64,000 nt of DNA from Bradymonadia bacterium (GCA_046290225.1 JBKAGE010000078.1:32001-96000), one strand, 5' to 3'. Positions 1-10,585 are shown, numbered from the stretch's first letter. Notes: a model not told the origin generated them from the sequence alone. Numbers and translations are program-made.

Positions 1-2167
1 AGGGCCGGGCGTCGAAGGCAGGTAGATTCTCCGAGGCCACCACCAGATTGCTCAACACGGTGGCGGTCTGAATGTCCTCGTATCGCAAGACCACCTGAGC
101 ACCGGAGATCCGCGTGACGGCAGCGGGGTTCTCGCGGCGATCGCTCCTGAACCACCGTGCCTGAGGGCCGAGCTGCCTGTTGTAGGCATAGCCACCGTAC
201 AGATTCACCCCGGAGGGTACGACCTGGGAGATGCCACCGACATTGTGGGTGCCCACGTCGAGCAGAATGTTCCGCCGCCCTGTTTGCACCGAGAGCGCCA
301 CGGCGCGGGCCAGAGTGAGCACGGGGGCGTCGATGGTGCCGTCGTTCTCGTCGGATCCGTCGAGGCTCGACACGAACACCGAGTCCTCTGCGTCTCCGTC
401 GACCCCATCACAGTTGCTGTCCACAAAGTCGAGATCGGGGGCGTCGGGGGCGTTCTGGTTGCACTCACACCCATCGGCGCTCAGGCCATTGAGATCGACG
501 AAGCCCGGCAAGCAGCCTCCGATGACGCAACGGCCGACCTCACAGGCCTCGTCGGCGTTGTCCAGCGCACAGGCGAAGTTGCACTCACCGCAGTGGGACA
601 CGTCAGTCAGCAGGTCGAAGTCTTCATCGACCGCGCCATCACAGTCGTCGTCCTGGGTGTCACAGAGGGCTTCGTTGGGGCCTTCTGGCTGTATCTGCTC
701 AGCGCTGCAGAGGTAGGGTGTGAGCATTCCAGTGTCGGGATCGAGTGTGGGACCTTCAGGATTGCACTCCAGGGTGCCCTGGCTTTCACACACACCGAGG
801 CCAGAGCTGCAAGCCTGCCCGAGTTCAGCGTAGTCTTCGTCTACACTGTCGTCGCAATCATTGTCGTTGCCGTCACACAGCTCGACATCGGGCTCACCGG
901 GCGCTACTGAGCACTCCACGAGTGTGCGATCGAGGGCGCCACACACCACCTGGCCCGTCCGAGCGCAGGCGCCGACGCCGACTGTGCATGGCTGACCCAG
1001 CCGATCGACGAAGTCTTCGTCCACTGCACCATCGCAGTCGTTGTCGAGCCCGTCTCCACACAGCTCTTCGAAGCCGTCGCCGTTCATGGCGGAGCACCTG
1101 ACCCCACCCTCGAAGCACTCGTAGGCGCCGACACGACGGCACGCCCCGACGCCCGCTTCACACGGGCCACCGAGAGGCTGCTCAGGATCATCGAGGAAAT
1201 CTTCGTCGACTGCGCCATCGCAGTCGTTGTCTTCACCATCACAGAGATCGTCTGTGGGGGTCACTTCACCCTCACATGGGCCCCAACGACGCACCCCTTC
1301 GTCCATGACACATGTGCGCATCCCAAAGGCGCACCCGCCCACGTCGGAGCCACCACAGGGCTCGACGGCGTCGAGCTCACAGCAGTCGGGGATCTCCTCG
1401 TCGACGTTGCCATCACAGTCATCATCCAGGCCGTTGCACAGCGCAGCATCAGCCTCGACTTCGACTGGGGGTGCTGCAGGCTCGACGCCACAGATCACCT
1501 CACCATCGACACAAGCCTGCTCCCCTTCTGTGGCGCACACCCCAGTACCGGCAGCGCATCGAGTGCCCGCCTCTGGGAAAGCTTCATCGATTCGACCGTC
1601 GCAGTCGTTGTCTTCCGCATCACAGATCTCAGCAGAGGCGAGGGCCTCACCGGCCACCTGACACACCTGCTCTTCGTCGGCAAAAGAGATGGTGGTCTCC
1701 CCATCGACGATGGTGATCCCACTCTCGGTGAGCTTGAGCAGGCAGCCGTTGTCGGCGGTACATGGACTGCCGAAGGCGAAGGCGCTGCCGTCAGCACACA
1801 GGCCCGAGTCGAAACCCGCGCTGAAGAAGTACAACTCCACGTCAATGGCGGTGCCAGGGCTCAACGGCAAGGTGGGTGCCTGGCCCGGGGCTGCCCCAAG
1901 TCGGCCTTCGGACCAGTTGAGCGGTAGATAGGACACGGTGTTGCCCGCAGAGCGAGTGAGCATGCAGGTGTTCACGTCCTGATCGGCCACCCGCGACTCG
2001 AGCTGACCGCGACAGGCCACCCCCGACGCCCCGTCGCCTTCAGGTGCCCCGAGACACGGCGTCAGATCGATTTGCACCGACGCAAAGGCGATCTCTTCTC
2101 GGGATTCGCTGCACCCCAATGCCACGCTGGACACAGCGAGGAGGGTCAGGGCCTGAAGATGCCTCAT
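1..2167 (-). CDS. Large Cys/Asp-rich surface lipoprotein with MopE-type 'putative metal-binding' repeats and a DUF1565-like/beta-helix region (runs off the left edge of the window)
   Basis: Missing from the ORF track because it has no stop in the window. Translated by hand from ATG 2167: MRHLQALTLLAVSSVALGC (lipobox), six CDG.DNDCDG.VDE-type repeats, then VFVSSLDGSDENDGTIDAPVLTL and VNLYGGY. Starts 6 bp after the upstream stop. Confidence 0.85.
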   Translation of the reverse strand, partial: MRHLQALTLLAVSSVALGCSESREEIAFASVQIDLTPCLGAPEGDGASGVACRGQLESRVADQDVNTCMLTRSAGNTVSYLPLNWSEGRLGAAPGQAPTLPLSPGTAIDVELYFFSAGFDSGLCADGSAFAFGSPCTADNGCLLKLTESGITIVDGETTISFADEEQVCQVAGEALASAEICDAEDNDCDGRIDEAFPEAGTRCAAGTGVCATEGEQACVDGEVICGVEPAAPPVEVEADAALCNGLDDDCDGNVDEEIPDCCELDAVEPCGGSDVGGCAFGMRTCVMDEGVRRWGPCEGEVTPTDDLCDGEDNDCDGAVDEDFLDDPEQPLGGPCEAGVGACRRVGAYECFEGGVRCSAMNGDGFEELCGDGLDNDCDGAVDEDFVDRLGQPCTVGVGACARTGQVVCGALDRTLVECSVAPGEPDVELCDGNDNDCDDSVDEDYAELGQACSSGLGVCESQGTLECNPEGPTLDPDTGMLTPYLCSAEQIQPEGPNEALCDTQDDDCDGAVDEDFDLLTDVSHCGECNFACALDNADEACEVGRCVIGGCLPGFVDLNGLSADGCECNQNAPDAPDLDFVDSNCDGVDGDAEDSVFVSSLDGSDENDGTIDAPVLTLARAVALSVQTGRRNILLDVGTHNVGGISQVVPSGVNLYGGYAYNRQLGPQARWFRSDRRENPAAVTRISGAQVVLRYEDIQTATVLSNLVVASENLPAFDARP

Positions 2168-2173
2168 GGGCCG

Positions 2174-3358
2174 TTACTCCACCTTGAACAGGGTCGGGGC
2201 CCATCGATCGGGAATGGGGATGGCGTCAGCCACCTCAAGGGCCTTGCCATAGTGCGTGTTCCAGTAGCGGGACAGAACCTTGTAGTGGCTGTCACGCACC
2301 TTAGGGATTCTCCAGGATTCCTGCTCCAAACCACCGTCTTTGAAGGTAAAGAGCGTGAGTCGCTGATCCTCTCCATCAGGCTCGAGGTACGCGGCGACGA
2401 GGGTGCCCACCTGGAAGCGATCCGCCATCTGGAAGGCCAACTCGATGCGGTACTCCTCGGAGAAGGCATCGGCCCCTCTGAAGATCATCTTGTAGAGGGT
2501 GTCGTAGGCCTCGGCGCGATTGCGGGCTTCCTTGAGCTTGGCCTTCACCGAGACCGACTTGCCGGACTCGAGGTTCACCAGGGTGCCCCAGCGGGCATAG
2601 CCTGCCTTGCGCACCTCCACGAGGTGGGGCCCTGCAGGAATGAAGGGGTTGGCGTAGGGCAGACTCTGCCCGATCACCCCGACGGGGCGCTCGTCGACGT
2701 AGACGTGGGCACCGTCGATGTTGGCGGTGATCTTCAACTCAGCAGTGCCCGCAGAGGTGGTGGTACCACACTTGTCCGCGAGGGGCTCGAACTGCTCGAG
2801 AGGGCCAGCGCTGCCGGCGAGGTTGCGCGTGAGGGCGACATAGCTGCAGTAAGCGTTGAGCGCGCCTGCCTCGTCCTTTGCCCCTTGCAGCCCGAGGTAC
2901 TGATAGAAGTAGATCCCTCTAAGCAGCTGAGAATCTGAAGAATATGGCAATGCGCGATTGTAGAAGATGTTGGCGCGCTTGAGCTGCTCCTGAGCCTCGT
3001 CGGGCTCGCCCTTCTCGAGGTGGCGCTGGGCATTGTTGAAGTGCCGCCGGGCCTTCTCGAGGTTGCCCTTGCTCAACATGCCCACGTCGTACCGGCGCTC
3101 GATCGAGCGCACTCGGGGCACCTTCTTGCCTTCTTCGTGGATGCCCTCGCTGTGGGCATACTCGAACATGTTGCGCAGATCACGCTCGATCCGCACCGCC
3201 GTGTTGGCGTCTGCCCCATCACGGGCGAAGACCATCACCGCCGCCCAGTCTGCAGAGTCGGCCTGAGCCACAGTGGGGGCCGCGATGGGGGCCACCGCAC
3301 CCAACCCCAGCGTCAGCCACAGCGCGAGGCCTCTGGTCATCGCCCGCTTCACGTTCAC
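2174..3358 (-). CDS. Secreted PEGA-domain protein with TPR-like helices
   Basis: Signal peptide (..AQA); helical segment; PEGA motif LKITANIDGAHVYVDERPVG...GPHLVEVRKAGYARW; 4-bp overlap with the upstream gene. Confidence 0.8.
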   Translation of the reverse strand: MNVKRAMTRGLALWLTLGLGAVAPIAAPTVAQADSADWAAVMVFARDGADANTAVRIERDLRNMFEYAHSEGIHEEGKKVPRVRSIERRYDVGMLSKGNLEKARRHFNNAQRHLEKGEPDEAQEQLKRANIFYNRALPYSSDSQLLRGIYFYQYLGLQGAKDEAGALNAYCSYVALTRNLAGSAGPLEQFEPLADKCGTTTSAGTAELKITANIDGAHVYVDERPVGVIGQSLPYANPFIPAGPHLVEVRKAGYARWGTLVNLESGKSVSVKAKLKEARNRAEAYDTLYKMIFRGADAFSEEYRIELAFQMADRFQVGTLVAAYLEPDGEDQRLTLFTFKDGGLEQESWRIPKVRDSHYKVLSRYWNTHYGKALEVADAIPIPDRWAPTLFKVE

Positions 3359-4536
3359 TCTCCTACGAGATCCGCCATGGAGAAGGTCACCATGTACAGT
3401 CGCTGCCAGGTCTTGTTCGGAGAGCCCTTCTCACCGAGGGCCTTGAAGGCGAGGCGCATACGTGCCCCCCCCTCTACGGGGAACACGGCGAGATCGCTGT
3501 TGATCTGCGTGTTGGTCTTGATGACCCCTCTCGCCGAGCCGTCGACACGGGTCCACATGATGGGGTTGTCCACCTTGAAGTCGCGCTTCACGTAGAACAC
3601 AGAGGAGCTGTCGTTGCTCCAGGCAGGGCCCCGGTGATCGTCGACGACGACGTCCTTGGCGAGCTGCTTGGCACCACCGCCGTTGCGATCCACCACCCAG
3701 AGGTCGAAGATCTTGTCGTCTTTTTGCTTACGGCCCTTGTTGGCGTAGAACGCGATGAGCTGGCCATCAGGCGACCAGCTGGGGCGCATCTCGTCGCCTT
3801 CCCAGTTGGTGAGCATCCGAGCGGTCTCCCGAGGCTTCACCACATCGTCGATGACTCCGATGTCCTGGCCCTGACGACCACTTTGAGAGCGCACGAAGGC
3901 CAATGTGTGGCCCGTGGGGGCCCAACGGGGCATGTACTCGGTGCTGTCATTCCAGAAAGTCAGCTGCCGAGGGCTGGCGTCACCAGACAAGTCGAGCACC
4001 TTCACCACACCAGAGTCACGCTCCTGAGAGGTGAAGGCGATGAAGCGGCCATCGAGGGACCATGCAGGCTGGCCGTCGTTGCCGTTGTGCTCAGTGAGCC
4101 ATGTACCGTCGGCGTAGAGATCATAGTTCTTCTTGGGGCCGCGGCTGCTGAACACGAAGGGATCGCTGAGCAGCTTCTTGTCGGGGGCCCACTCGAAGTC
4201 CACCACCGGGGGCCCCTTGGCCCCCCAGCTGCTTTTCCCGGCGATCTTCACCTCGCGGCGCTGGTTCTTGGGCCGGCCGTCGGGTGTGAGGGTGGTGATG
4301 AAGGTCTGCCGGGAGTCCCCCTTGGGGTTGTAGACGTCGTAGGCGACCTCGGACCCGTCAGGGGCCCAGCGAGGCGCCTGACAGTGCGCACTGGGCTGCT
4401 GGGCCAGCAGGACGGGGCGACTCACCTCCGCCGAGGCCATGAGAGGCAGCGTCAGACCCACCAGTGGCAGGGCCACACGGGCGCAGGAAAGCGAGAGCGA
4501 GGTGTGTTTCTTCATGACGTGAGCCTCATCCTTCAA
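3355..4536 (-). CDS. TolB-like PD40 beta-propeller periplasmic protein
   Basis: Repeated P.WSPDG-like motifs (PRWAPDG, PAWSLDG, PRWAPTG, PSWSPDG, PAWSND); signal peptide. Start could be ATG 4515. Confidence 0.85.
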   Translation of the reverse strand: MKDEAHVMKKHTSLSLSCARVALPLVGLTLPLMASAEVSRPVLLAQQPSAHCQAPRWAPDGSEVAYDVYNPKGDSRQTFITTLTPDGRPKNQRREVKIAGKSSWGAKGPPVVDFEWAPDKKLLSDPFVFSSRGPKKNYDLYADGTWLTEHNGNDGQPAWSLDGRFIAFTSQERDSGVVKVLDLSGDASPRQLTFWNDSTEYMPRWAPTGHTLAFVRSQSGRQGQDIGVIDDVVKPRETARMLTNWEGDEMRPSWSPDGQLIAFYANKGRKQKDDKIFDLWVVDRNGGGAKQLAKDVVVDDHRGPAWSNDSSSVFYVKRDFKVDNPIMWTRVDGSARGVIKTNTQINSDLAVFPVEGGARMRLAFKALGEKGSPNKTWQRLYMVTFSMADLVGE

Positions 4537-5327
4537 CGTTCGAGTTCAAACCGGGTGTCGGTACGGGTGGTGACGTCATCTTCTTGCAACAACAAGAAAG
4601 CCCCGACGCCGGCGAGCACCGCGGCGCCCGCCCCGGCATACCACCAGGGGCTGATCCCGTCATCGTCCGCCGCCTGAGAGACGGCGCCGAGCCGGATCGC
4701 CACCTTCGGGTGTTCGCCCTTCTTCACCGTGAAGGGCACGCCGTGGGCGCTGTACTGCCCAAAGGGCAGGTAAATGGTCGTGGGCAGCTCGATCTCGGTG
4801 GATCGAAGCCGCTCTCTGATGGACAAAAACATGGCCTGTTTCTGCTTGATGATGATTCGGGCCTCCGAGGCGAGGTGCAGGGTTCCGCGGCTGGTCCCGC
4901 CCATGCGCCTGAAGGTCACTGGGCCGTACGACTCCGTCAGGTGCCCCAAGAATTCACTTGCCGCCTGACGACGCTGCGGGTTCTTGAGCCCGAGGGCCTG
5001 AGCGCGCTCCGCCATGGCGAAGGCTTCTTCGAGCATCAGCAGCTTCTCGGCGGTCTGACCGCGGTAGAGCACCACCACGAAATCGTCGCGGCCGCCGGGG
5101 CGTCGGATGGCGATGTCGAAGGTGCGCTTGGCCTGCTTGTAGAGCCGCCGTTTGAAGTACAGCACACCCTGGTCGCGCAGCTGCTCCACGCTCTGACCAC
5201 CTGTGCCCTCGGACTGTCCGTAGGCGGTGGCGGCACCGAGCACCAGGCCCAACGCCATCAGGCCGCCGAGGGTGGCTCGGGTGAACCTGCGCGGTCCCCT
5301 GGGGTGTCGAACGACGTGCTCAACCAT
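4533..5327 (-). CDS. Hypothetical exported TPR protein with C-terminal hydrophobic segment
   Basis: Start placed at ATG 5327, which overlaps the upstream stop; signal-like segment; TPR (LRDQGVLYFKRRLYKQA); C-terminal PWWYAGAGAAVLAGVGAFLLL. Confidence 0.7.
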   Translation of the reverse strand: MVEHVVRHPRGPRRFTRATLGGLMALGLVLGAATAYGQSEGTGGQSVEQLRDQGVLYFKRRLYKQAKRTFDIAIRRPGGRDDFVVVLYRGQTAEKLLMLEEAFAMAERAQALGLKNPQRRQAASEFLGHLTESYGPVTFRRMGGTSRGTLHLASEARIIIKQKQAMFLSIRERLRSTEIELPTTIYLPFGQYSAHGVPFTVKKGEHPKVAIRLGAVSQAADDDGISPWWYAGAGAAVLAGVGAFLLLQEDDVTTRTDTRFELER

Positions 5328-6339
5328 CAGAAGAGACTCCAGCGTGGCCAAAGCACGCCACCTGATGTGCCGGGCCCACCTGCACCATGGGCGGTCGGCT
5401 GCCCTGACATTTTTCCACAATGCCCAGCTGCGCTGCCAGAGGGCAATCGGAGGCATAGACGCACCCCTTCACCTCGACCCCGGACTTCGCCCGCGCTTCG
5501 AGGTCGAAGCCGGTGGAGACCACCCTTCGGGCGCGCCCACCTTCGTCGAGCAGATCAGAGGCCTGAATGAGTCGATGGGTATACGGGTGATGGAACTCCG
5601 CCTTCCCCAACAGCGCCCCGGGGACATCTTCGATGATGCGCCCTTGCAACATCACCATCACCCGCTCGCTGATCCGACGCACGAGGCCCAAATCGTGGCT
5701 GATGAGCAGATAGGTGGTCTCGGGGGCCTTGAGGGCCTCGAGCAGATGGATCATCTGCTGCTTGATCGCCGCGTCGAGGCCGCTCGTGGGCTCGTCGGCG
5801 ACGATGAGCCGGGGGCGGGTGGCCAGGATACGCGCGAGACCCACCCGGCGACGCTCACCGCCGCTGAGGCTCGCCGGGCGCTGATCACCGCGATCGATCA
5901 GGCCCACCTGTTCGAGCAGCTCTCTCGATTGCGCCTTTCGGCCTTCGGCATCGAGCTCGGGGCGATGCAGCCGTAGTGACTCGTCGAGCATCTGCCACAC
6001 GGTCATCTTCGGGTGCAGATTCGCCGCCTGGTTCTGAAACACCATCTGGAACTCGCGGCGCAGCCCCCGGAGCTCGGTGCGGCCAGCGGCGAGCAGATCG
6101 GCGCCGTTGAACTCGAGGCTGCCCTCGTCGAGGGGGGTCAGCCGCAAGAGCACCTTGCCCAATGTGGTCTTGCCACTCCCCGACTCTCCGATGAGGGCCG
6201 CGATCTCCCCCTGCTTGAGGGCGATGTCCACCCGATCGAGGGCGCGGGTCTCCGTACGTGCACGGAGCAATCCCCCACCCCGAAAGACCTTCACCAGGCC
6301 CTGGGCCTGAATCACGTGCTCAGTGGCACCGGCCATCAC
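5320..6339 (-). CDS. Oligopeptide/dipeptide ABC transporter ATP-binding subunit (OppF/DppF type)
   Basis: Walker A GESGSGKT, signature LSGGE, Walker B LIVADEPT, HPYT, and a C-terminal Cys-containing extension (GC..SDCP...C...VAC). Confidence 0.92.
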   Translation of the reverse strand: MMAGATEHVIQAQGLVKVFRGGGLLRARTETRALDRVDIALKQGEIAALIGESGSGKTTLGKVLLRLTPLDEGSLEFNGADLLAAGRTELRGLRREFQMVFQNQAANLHPKMTVWQMLDESLRLHRPELDAEGRKAQSRELLEQVGLIDRGDQRPASLSGGERRRVGLARILATRPRLIVADEPTSGLDAAIKQQMIHLLEALKAPETTYLLISHDLGLVRRISERVMVMLQGRIIEDVPGALLGKAEFHHPYTHRLIQASDLLDEGGRARRVVSTGFDLEARAKSGVEVKGCVYASDCPLAAQLGIVEKCQGSRPPMVQVGPAHQVACFGHAGVSSDG

Positions 6340-7253
6340 ACCACCTCCGCAGGTGCAGAAGTGGCTGAGGCAGCAGGTCGCTCGCCGAGATCGGCCGCGG
6401 CGAGCAGGCTCGCCGTGTAGGGATGCCGGGTGCCGCGATGGTGCCGCAGGTCATCAGTGGAGGCACGCTCCACCACCTGCCCGCTCTTCATGACGATGAC
6501 CCGATCGGCGAGGTACAACACCTCGCGAATGTCGTGGGAGATGTAGAGCATCGAGCCCTGACGATCGGCGAGCAGATCTTTGAACAGCTCGACGATCTCA
6601 GCCCGTACTGTGGCATCGAGGCCCGTGGTGGGCTCGTCGGCGACGAGAAGCAGCGGGGTACACGCCATGGCCACGGCGATCATCGCCCGCTGACACATGC
6701 CACCGGAGAGCTCGTGCGGGTATGCGCGGTACACCCGTTGAGGATCAGGCATCTGCACACGCTCAAGCCACGAGAGCGCCCGTAACCTGCGCTCTTCCTT
6801 GCTCAAGCCCGACGCTGAGACCGAGACCGCCTCGGCGACCTGATCTCCCACGGTCATGAGCGGATCGAGGGACTGCCTGGGGTTCTGGAACACGGCGGTC
6901 ATCTTGTGACCCCAAAGGGGTTTCATGCGCCGATGCACCATCCGCTGCCAGCGGCGGCTGTTCTTTCGAGGTGGCTGCCCGCTCTTGATGACGGACTGCA
7001 GACCCTTGAGCAACTGGATCGGACCATTGCCACCGTCGAAGGTGATCTGGCCCCCCATCACGCCCGGCAAGCCCGCGACGAGGCCAAGCACCGAGAGCGT
7101 GGTCATGGTCTTGCCGCTCCCCGACTCGCCGAGGATGCCCAAAACCTCACCAGGGCGCACCTCGAAGCCCACGTGATCCACCACGCGCCGACGGCCCTTG
7201 GGGGTGTCGAACTCGATGACGAGATCGCGCACTGTGAGTACCGGCTGACTCAT
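6336..7253 (-). CDS. Oligopeptide/dipeptide ABC transporter ATP-binding subunit (OppD/DppD type)
   Basis: GESGSGKT, YPHELSGGMCQR, LLVADEPTT, HPYT. Confidence 0.92.
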   Translation of the reverse strand: MSQPVLTVRDLVIEFDTPKGRRRVVDHVGFEVRPGEVLGILGESGSGKTMTTLSVLGLVAGLPGVMGGQITFDGGNGPIQLLKGLQSVIKSGQPPRKNSRRWQRMVHRRMKPLWGHKMTAVFQNPRQSLDPLMTVGDQVAEAVSVSASGLSKEERRLRALSWLERVQMPDPQRVYRAYPHELSGGMCQRAMIAVAMACTPLLLVADEPTTGLDATVRAEIVELFKDLLADRQGSMLYISHDIREVLYLADRVIVMKSGQVVERASTDDLRHHRGTRHPYTASLLAAADLGERPAASATSAPAEVV

Positions 7254-8080
7254 CGCACCGCCTCTGCCCTACGGGCGACGAGGTTGCCGAAGGCCAGGAA
7301 GCCAGAGATGGCCACCACGATGGCGAGGGCCGGGAACATCCAGGCCCAGTACGCTTCGATGCCCGTGTCACGGGCCTGAGCCACCATGTTGCCCCAAGAC
7401 GGTGTGGGCTCCTGCACCCCATAGTCTCCGAGATACGAGAGCGCGGTCTCGACGAAGAGCACATAACCGAAGACGTAGGCCCCCTGGCGAATCAGCAGGG
7501 GCCGGCACTGCAGCCACAGGATGTGATAGAGCAAAATCCGCGGGGTGCTGAAGCCATGGGCGATGTGGGCGAGGATGTAGTCCTCCGAGGCGAGAGCTTC
7601 TACTCGACGCTGAATGACTCGGGCCACTGTGGGGATGAACAGCAAGCCAGTGACCACGGCGATGAGCATCATCGACGGATCGAGAATGGTGCACACCAGG
7701 ATCAAGAAGATCAGCCGGGGCAATGTGTCGATCAGCTGCATGCCATAGAGGGTGACGGCCTGCAGCGGCCCCCGGGCATAGCCCACGAGGGCGCCAGTGA
7801 GGGCGCCGAGGCTCATGGTGATGGTGGCGGCGACGATGCCCGGCAAGAAGAAGGCATTGATGCCCATGAAGACGCGCATGGCCACGTCCCGGCCCTGATC
7901 GTCAGTGCCGAAGATGTGCTCACCAGATGGGCCCAGGCGCCGCCGGGCGTAATCCACAGCTTCCGCTGGATCGTACTCGATGAAGGGCGCAATGAGCCCC
8001 ACGATGATCACGAGGGCCACCACCCCGCCGCTCACGATGAGCGCGCTGCGTCCGAGCTTATCCCCCATGAGCAGCCTCAC
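7250..8080 (-). CDS. Peptide ABC transporter permease (OppC/DppC type)
   Basis: HIFGTDDQGRD, multiple TM segments, ETALSYLG..G...PTPSWG. Confidence 0.9.
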   Translation of the reverse strand: MRLLMGDKLGRSALIVSGGVVALVIIVGLIAPFIEYDPAEAVDYARRRLGPSGEHIFGTDDQGRDVAMRVFMGINAFFLPGIVAATITMSLGALTGALVGYARGPLQAVTLYGMQLIDTLPRLIFLILVCTILDPSMMLIAVVTGLLFIPTVARVIQRRVEALASEDYILAHIAHGFSTPRILLYHILWLQCRPLLIRQGAYVFGYVLFVETALSYLGDYGVQEPTPSWGNMVAQARDTGIEAYWAWMFPALAIVVAISGFLAFGNLVARRAEAVR

Positions 8081-9041
8081 GGGGATCGACGGCAGCGCGA
8101 ACCAGATCGGCGATGACGTTCACCACGATGATGGTGACGGTGAAGCACACGCTCACCGCGACGACCACGGGGAAGTCACGGAACTTCGCCGACTCGAAGA
8201 GCACATAGCCCGCGCCATTGAGGGCGAAGATCCGTTCGACGATGACCGCGCCGCTCAAAATCAGGGGCAACCGAGCAGCATAGGCACTCACCAGGGGCAC
8301 GATGAGGTTCCGGGCGATGTGACGCACCGTGCCGGCCCCCTTGGCCCGCACCGCGGCGATGAACTGGCTGCCCTGCAGGCGCAAGAGCTCTGCCCGCACG
8401 GCGTTGAAGGTGTCCATCAGCATACCGTCGGCCACCATGAGCACGCCGCCGGCGAAGACATAAGGCATCAGCGACTTGCCCTCAGTCTCCCAGAACAACG
8501 GGTACCAGGCCGGTGGATCGAAGCCCTCTTGTATTCGGTGGGTGAACACCAGGTAGTTGGTGATCTGGGCAAAGAAGAACGCCGCGATGAACGATGGCGC
8601 TGCTGTAATCACATATAAGAGGCTGGTGATGCCCCTGCCTATCGGACCGGGTTGCCCCGCGATGATGGCCCACACGAGAGCCACCGTCAGGCAAGCGAGC
8701 AACGCCAGCACCGACAACAAGAGCGTGCGGCCAAAGGCAGGCAGCACCACGTCGAGCACCTCGGCCCCCGTCTCGAAGACGAGTGATTGACCAAAGTCAC
8801 CGCTGGTGGATCGAAGCAGCCAGTGGCCATACCCGGAGACAATGTCTCGATCGAGGCCGAACTCTGCAGCGAGCTTGGCCTTGATCTCCGGATCGGTCCC
8901 AGGAGGGCTGATGGCGTCGATGGCGTCGCCTGGCGCCGCACGCACAGTGGCGTAGATGACGAAGCTGGCCCCGACCAGGAGCAGCACACCAGAGAGCAGC
9001 CGTCGCGAGCTCGCCCCCATGAGGCGCCAGAAGCGGTTCAA
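8058..9041 (-). CDS. Peptide ABC transporter permease (OppB/DppB type)
   Basis: APGD...FGLD, GDFGQS, FIAAVRAKG, GAVIVERIFALNGAG, RDFPVV, ADLVRAAVDPR. Start placed at the TTG overlapping the upstream TGA; alternative ATG 9020. Confidence 0.88.
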   Translation of the reverse strand: MNRFWRLMGASSRRLLSGVLLLVGASFVIYATVRAAPGDAIDAISPPGTDPEIKAKLAAEFGLDRDIVSGYGHWLLRSTSGDFGQSLVFETGAEVLDVVLPAFGRTLLLSVLALLACLTVALVWAIIAGQPGPIGRGITSLLYVITAAPSFIAAFFFAQITNYLVFTHRIQEGFDPPAWYPLFWETEGKSLMPYVFAGGVLMVADGMLMDTFNAVRAELLRLQGSQFIAAVRAKGAGTVRHIARNLIVPLVSAYAARLPLILSGAVIVERIFALNGAGYVLFESAKFRDFPVVVAVSVCFTVTIIVVNVIADLVRAAVDPREAAHGG

Positions 9042-10585
9042 GGAGCGAACTCCCACTCCTCGATGGAGGAAAAGTAGCGGTAAGGCAGGATGAACACGTT
9101 CTTCAAACGCGTGCTGACACCAGAGTAGACCTCTACCGTCCACAGGAACACATAGGGCAGCTCTGTGTGAACAGCCTGATGTACCTGCTTCATGAGCGAT
9201 TTGACCTCGCGGTAATCTTTGGACTTCTTGGCCTTATCGAGCAGGGCATCCACCTTCTTACTCTTGAAGCCAATGTAATTCAGCACGCCCTTCGAGTGGA
9301 ACAGCGGATAGACGTCTTCAATCTCCTCGAAAGACCACACGTTGAGGGTCATGTCGAACTTACCCTTGCCGATGACCATCTCACGATAGGCAGCATGATC
9401 GCGGTAATCGAGGTTGACCTTCACCCCGACCTTGCTCAGCTGTCCCTGAATCCCGAGGGCCAGCTCACGACTGCTGGTGAGCTCTTTGTCCAGCACGAAG
9501 GTGATCTCAAGCAGCTGTTTACCCTTCTTGCGGTATTGCCCTCGCTTCACATAGCCAGCGGCCTTGAGCAGGGCCCTCGCCTGCTCGAGGTTGGTCTTCC
9601 TCGGCTTGACCTCGAAGTTGTAGAAAGGACTCGCTTCCGTGAAGGGGCCGCTGATGACGTCGCCTCGGCCGAGGTTGGCCTCTACGAGCTCTTTGCGGTC
9701 GAGGGCGAGGGTGATGGCCTCGCGTACCCTCACATCTTTGAGGGCCTTGTTCTTGTGGTTGAAGCCCAAGTACCACCACGACACCGTGGGGTAGAAGACG
9801 AGCTCGATCCCCTGCAGCTCATCGAGGACCGGGAGCTCCTTCGGCGGCAGAAATATCACCACGTGATGTCCCGAGTCCCCACCGAACTTGAGACCTGCCA
9901 CCTGCATGACCTTGTCCGGCATGGCCTGCATCTCGATCTTGGGGAGCTTGACCGGCACGAAGTACTTCGGGTTGGCCTTGAGGCGGAGGCCCTTCGTCGA
10001 GTAGCCCCCCTTCGTCAAGATGAACGGCCCAGTGCCCACGGGCCGTCGAGCGAACTTGTGGGTACGCTGGATGGCTGTGGTCTCGAAGGCGTGTTTGGGG
10101 ATGATCTTGAACATGAAACGCTTCACTGGGCTCTCAAGGGGCCGAGTGAAGGCGATGTCGATCGTATGTGGATCAACGACAGCAACGCTCTTGATGAATT
10201 CGTACTTCCGCTTGGCGTTGAAGATCGTGCCCGGATCGTGGGCGGCGTCGATGGTGAACTTCACATCGGCTGCGGTGAAGGGCTTGCCATCGTGCCACTC
10301 AACGCCCTTTCGCAAGCTGAACCGGATGCTGTCCTTCCCCGAACTCAGCTTCCACGAGGTGGCGAGGCCAGGGGCCATCTCACCGGTCTTGGCCTCTGTC
10401 ACCAGCGAGTCGAAGATCAACTCCACCATGCGCACTGAGGTCATGTCCTCGGCAAAGAATGGCAACAATGACAGCGGTCGGGCGTCTTCGGGGTAGCGAA
10501 GAGTATCCAGCTTGGCCATGGCGGGGAAAGCGATGGCCACGCTGAGGGCCACGATCGTCAATGAGTGCAGCAGACGTCCCGTCAT
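9038..10585 (-). CDS. ABC transporter substrate-binding protein, family 5 (copy 2)
   Basis: Signal peptide ..AMA; PGLATSW, FSLRKGVEWHDGKPFTAADVKFT, PVGTGPF, DVRVREAI. Confidence 0.92.
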   Translation of the reverse strand: MTGRLLHSLTIVALSVAIAFPAMAKLDTLRYPEDARPLSLLPFFAEDMTSVRMVELIFDSLVTEAKTGEMAPGLATSWKLSSGKDSIRFSLRKGVEWHDGKPFTAADVKFTIDAAHDPGTIFNAKRKYEFIKSVAVVDPHTIDIAFTRPLESPVKRFMFKIIPKHAFETTAIQRTHKFARRPVGTGPFILTKGGYSTKGLRLKANPKYFVPVKLPKIEMQAMPDKVMQVAGLKFGGDSGHHVVIFLPPKELPVLDELQGIELVFYPTVSWWYLGFNHKNKALKDVRVREAITLALDRKELVEANLGRGDVISGPFTEASPFYNFEVKPRKTNLEQARALLKAAGYVKRGQYRKKGKQLLEITFVLDKELTSSRELALGIQGQLSKVGVKVNLDYRDHAAYREMVIGKGKFDMTLNVWSFEEIEDVYPLFHSKGVLNYIGFKSKKVDALLDKAKKSKDYREVKSLMKQVHQAVHTELPYVFLWTVEVYSGVSTRLKNVFILPYRYFSSIEEWEFAP

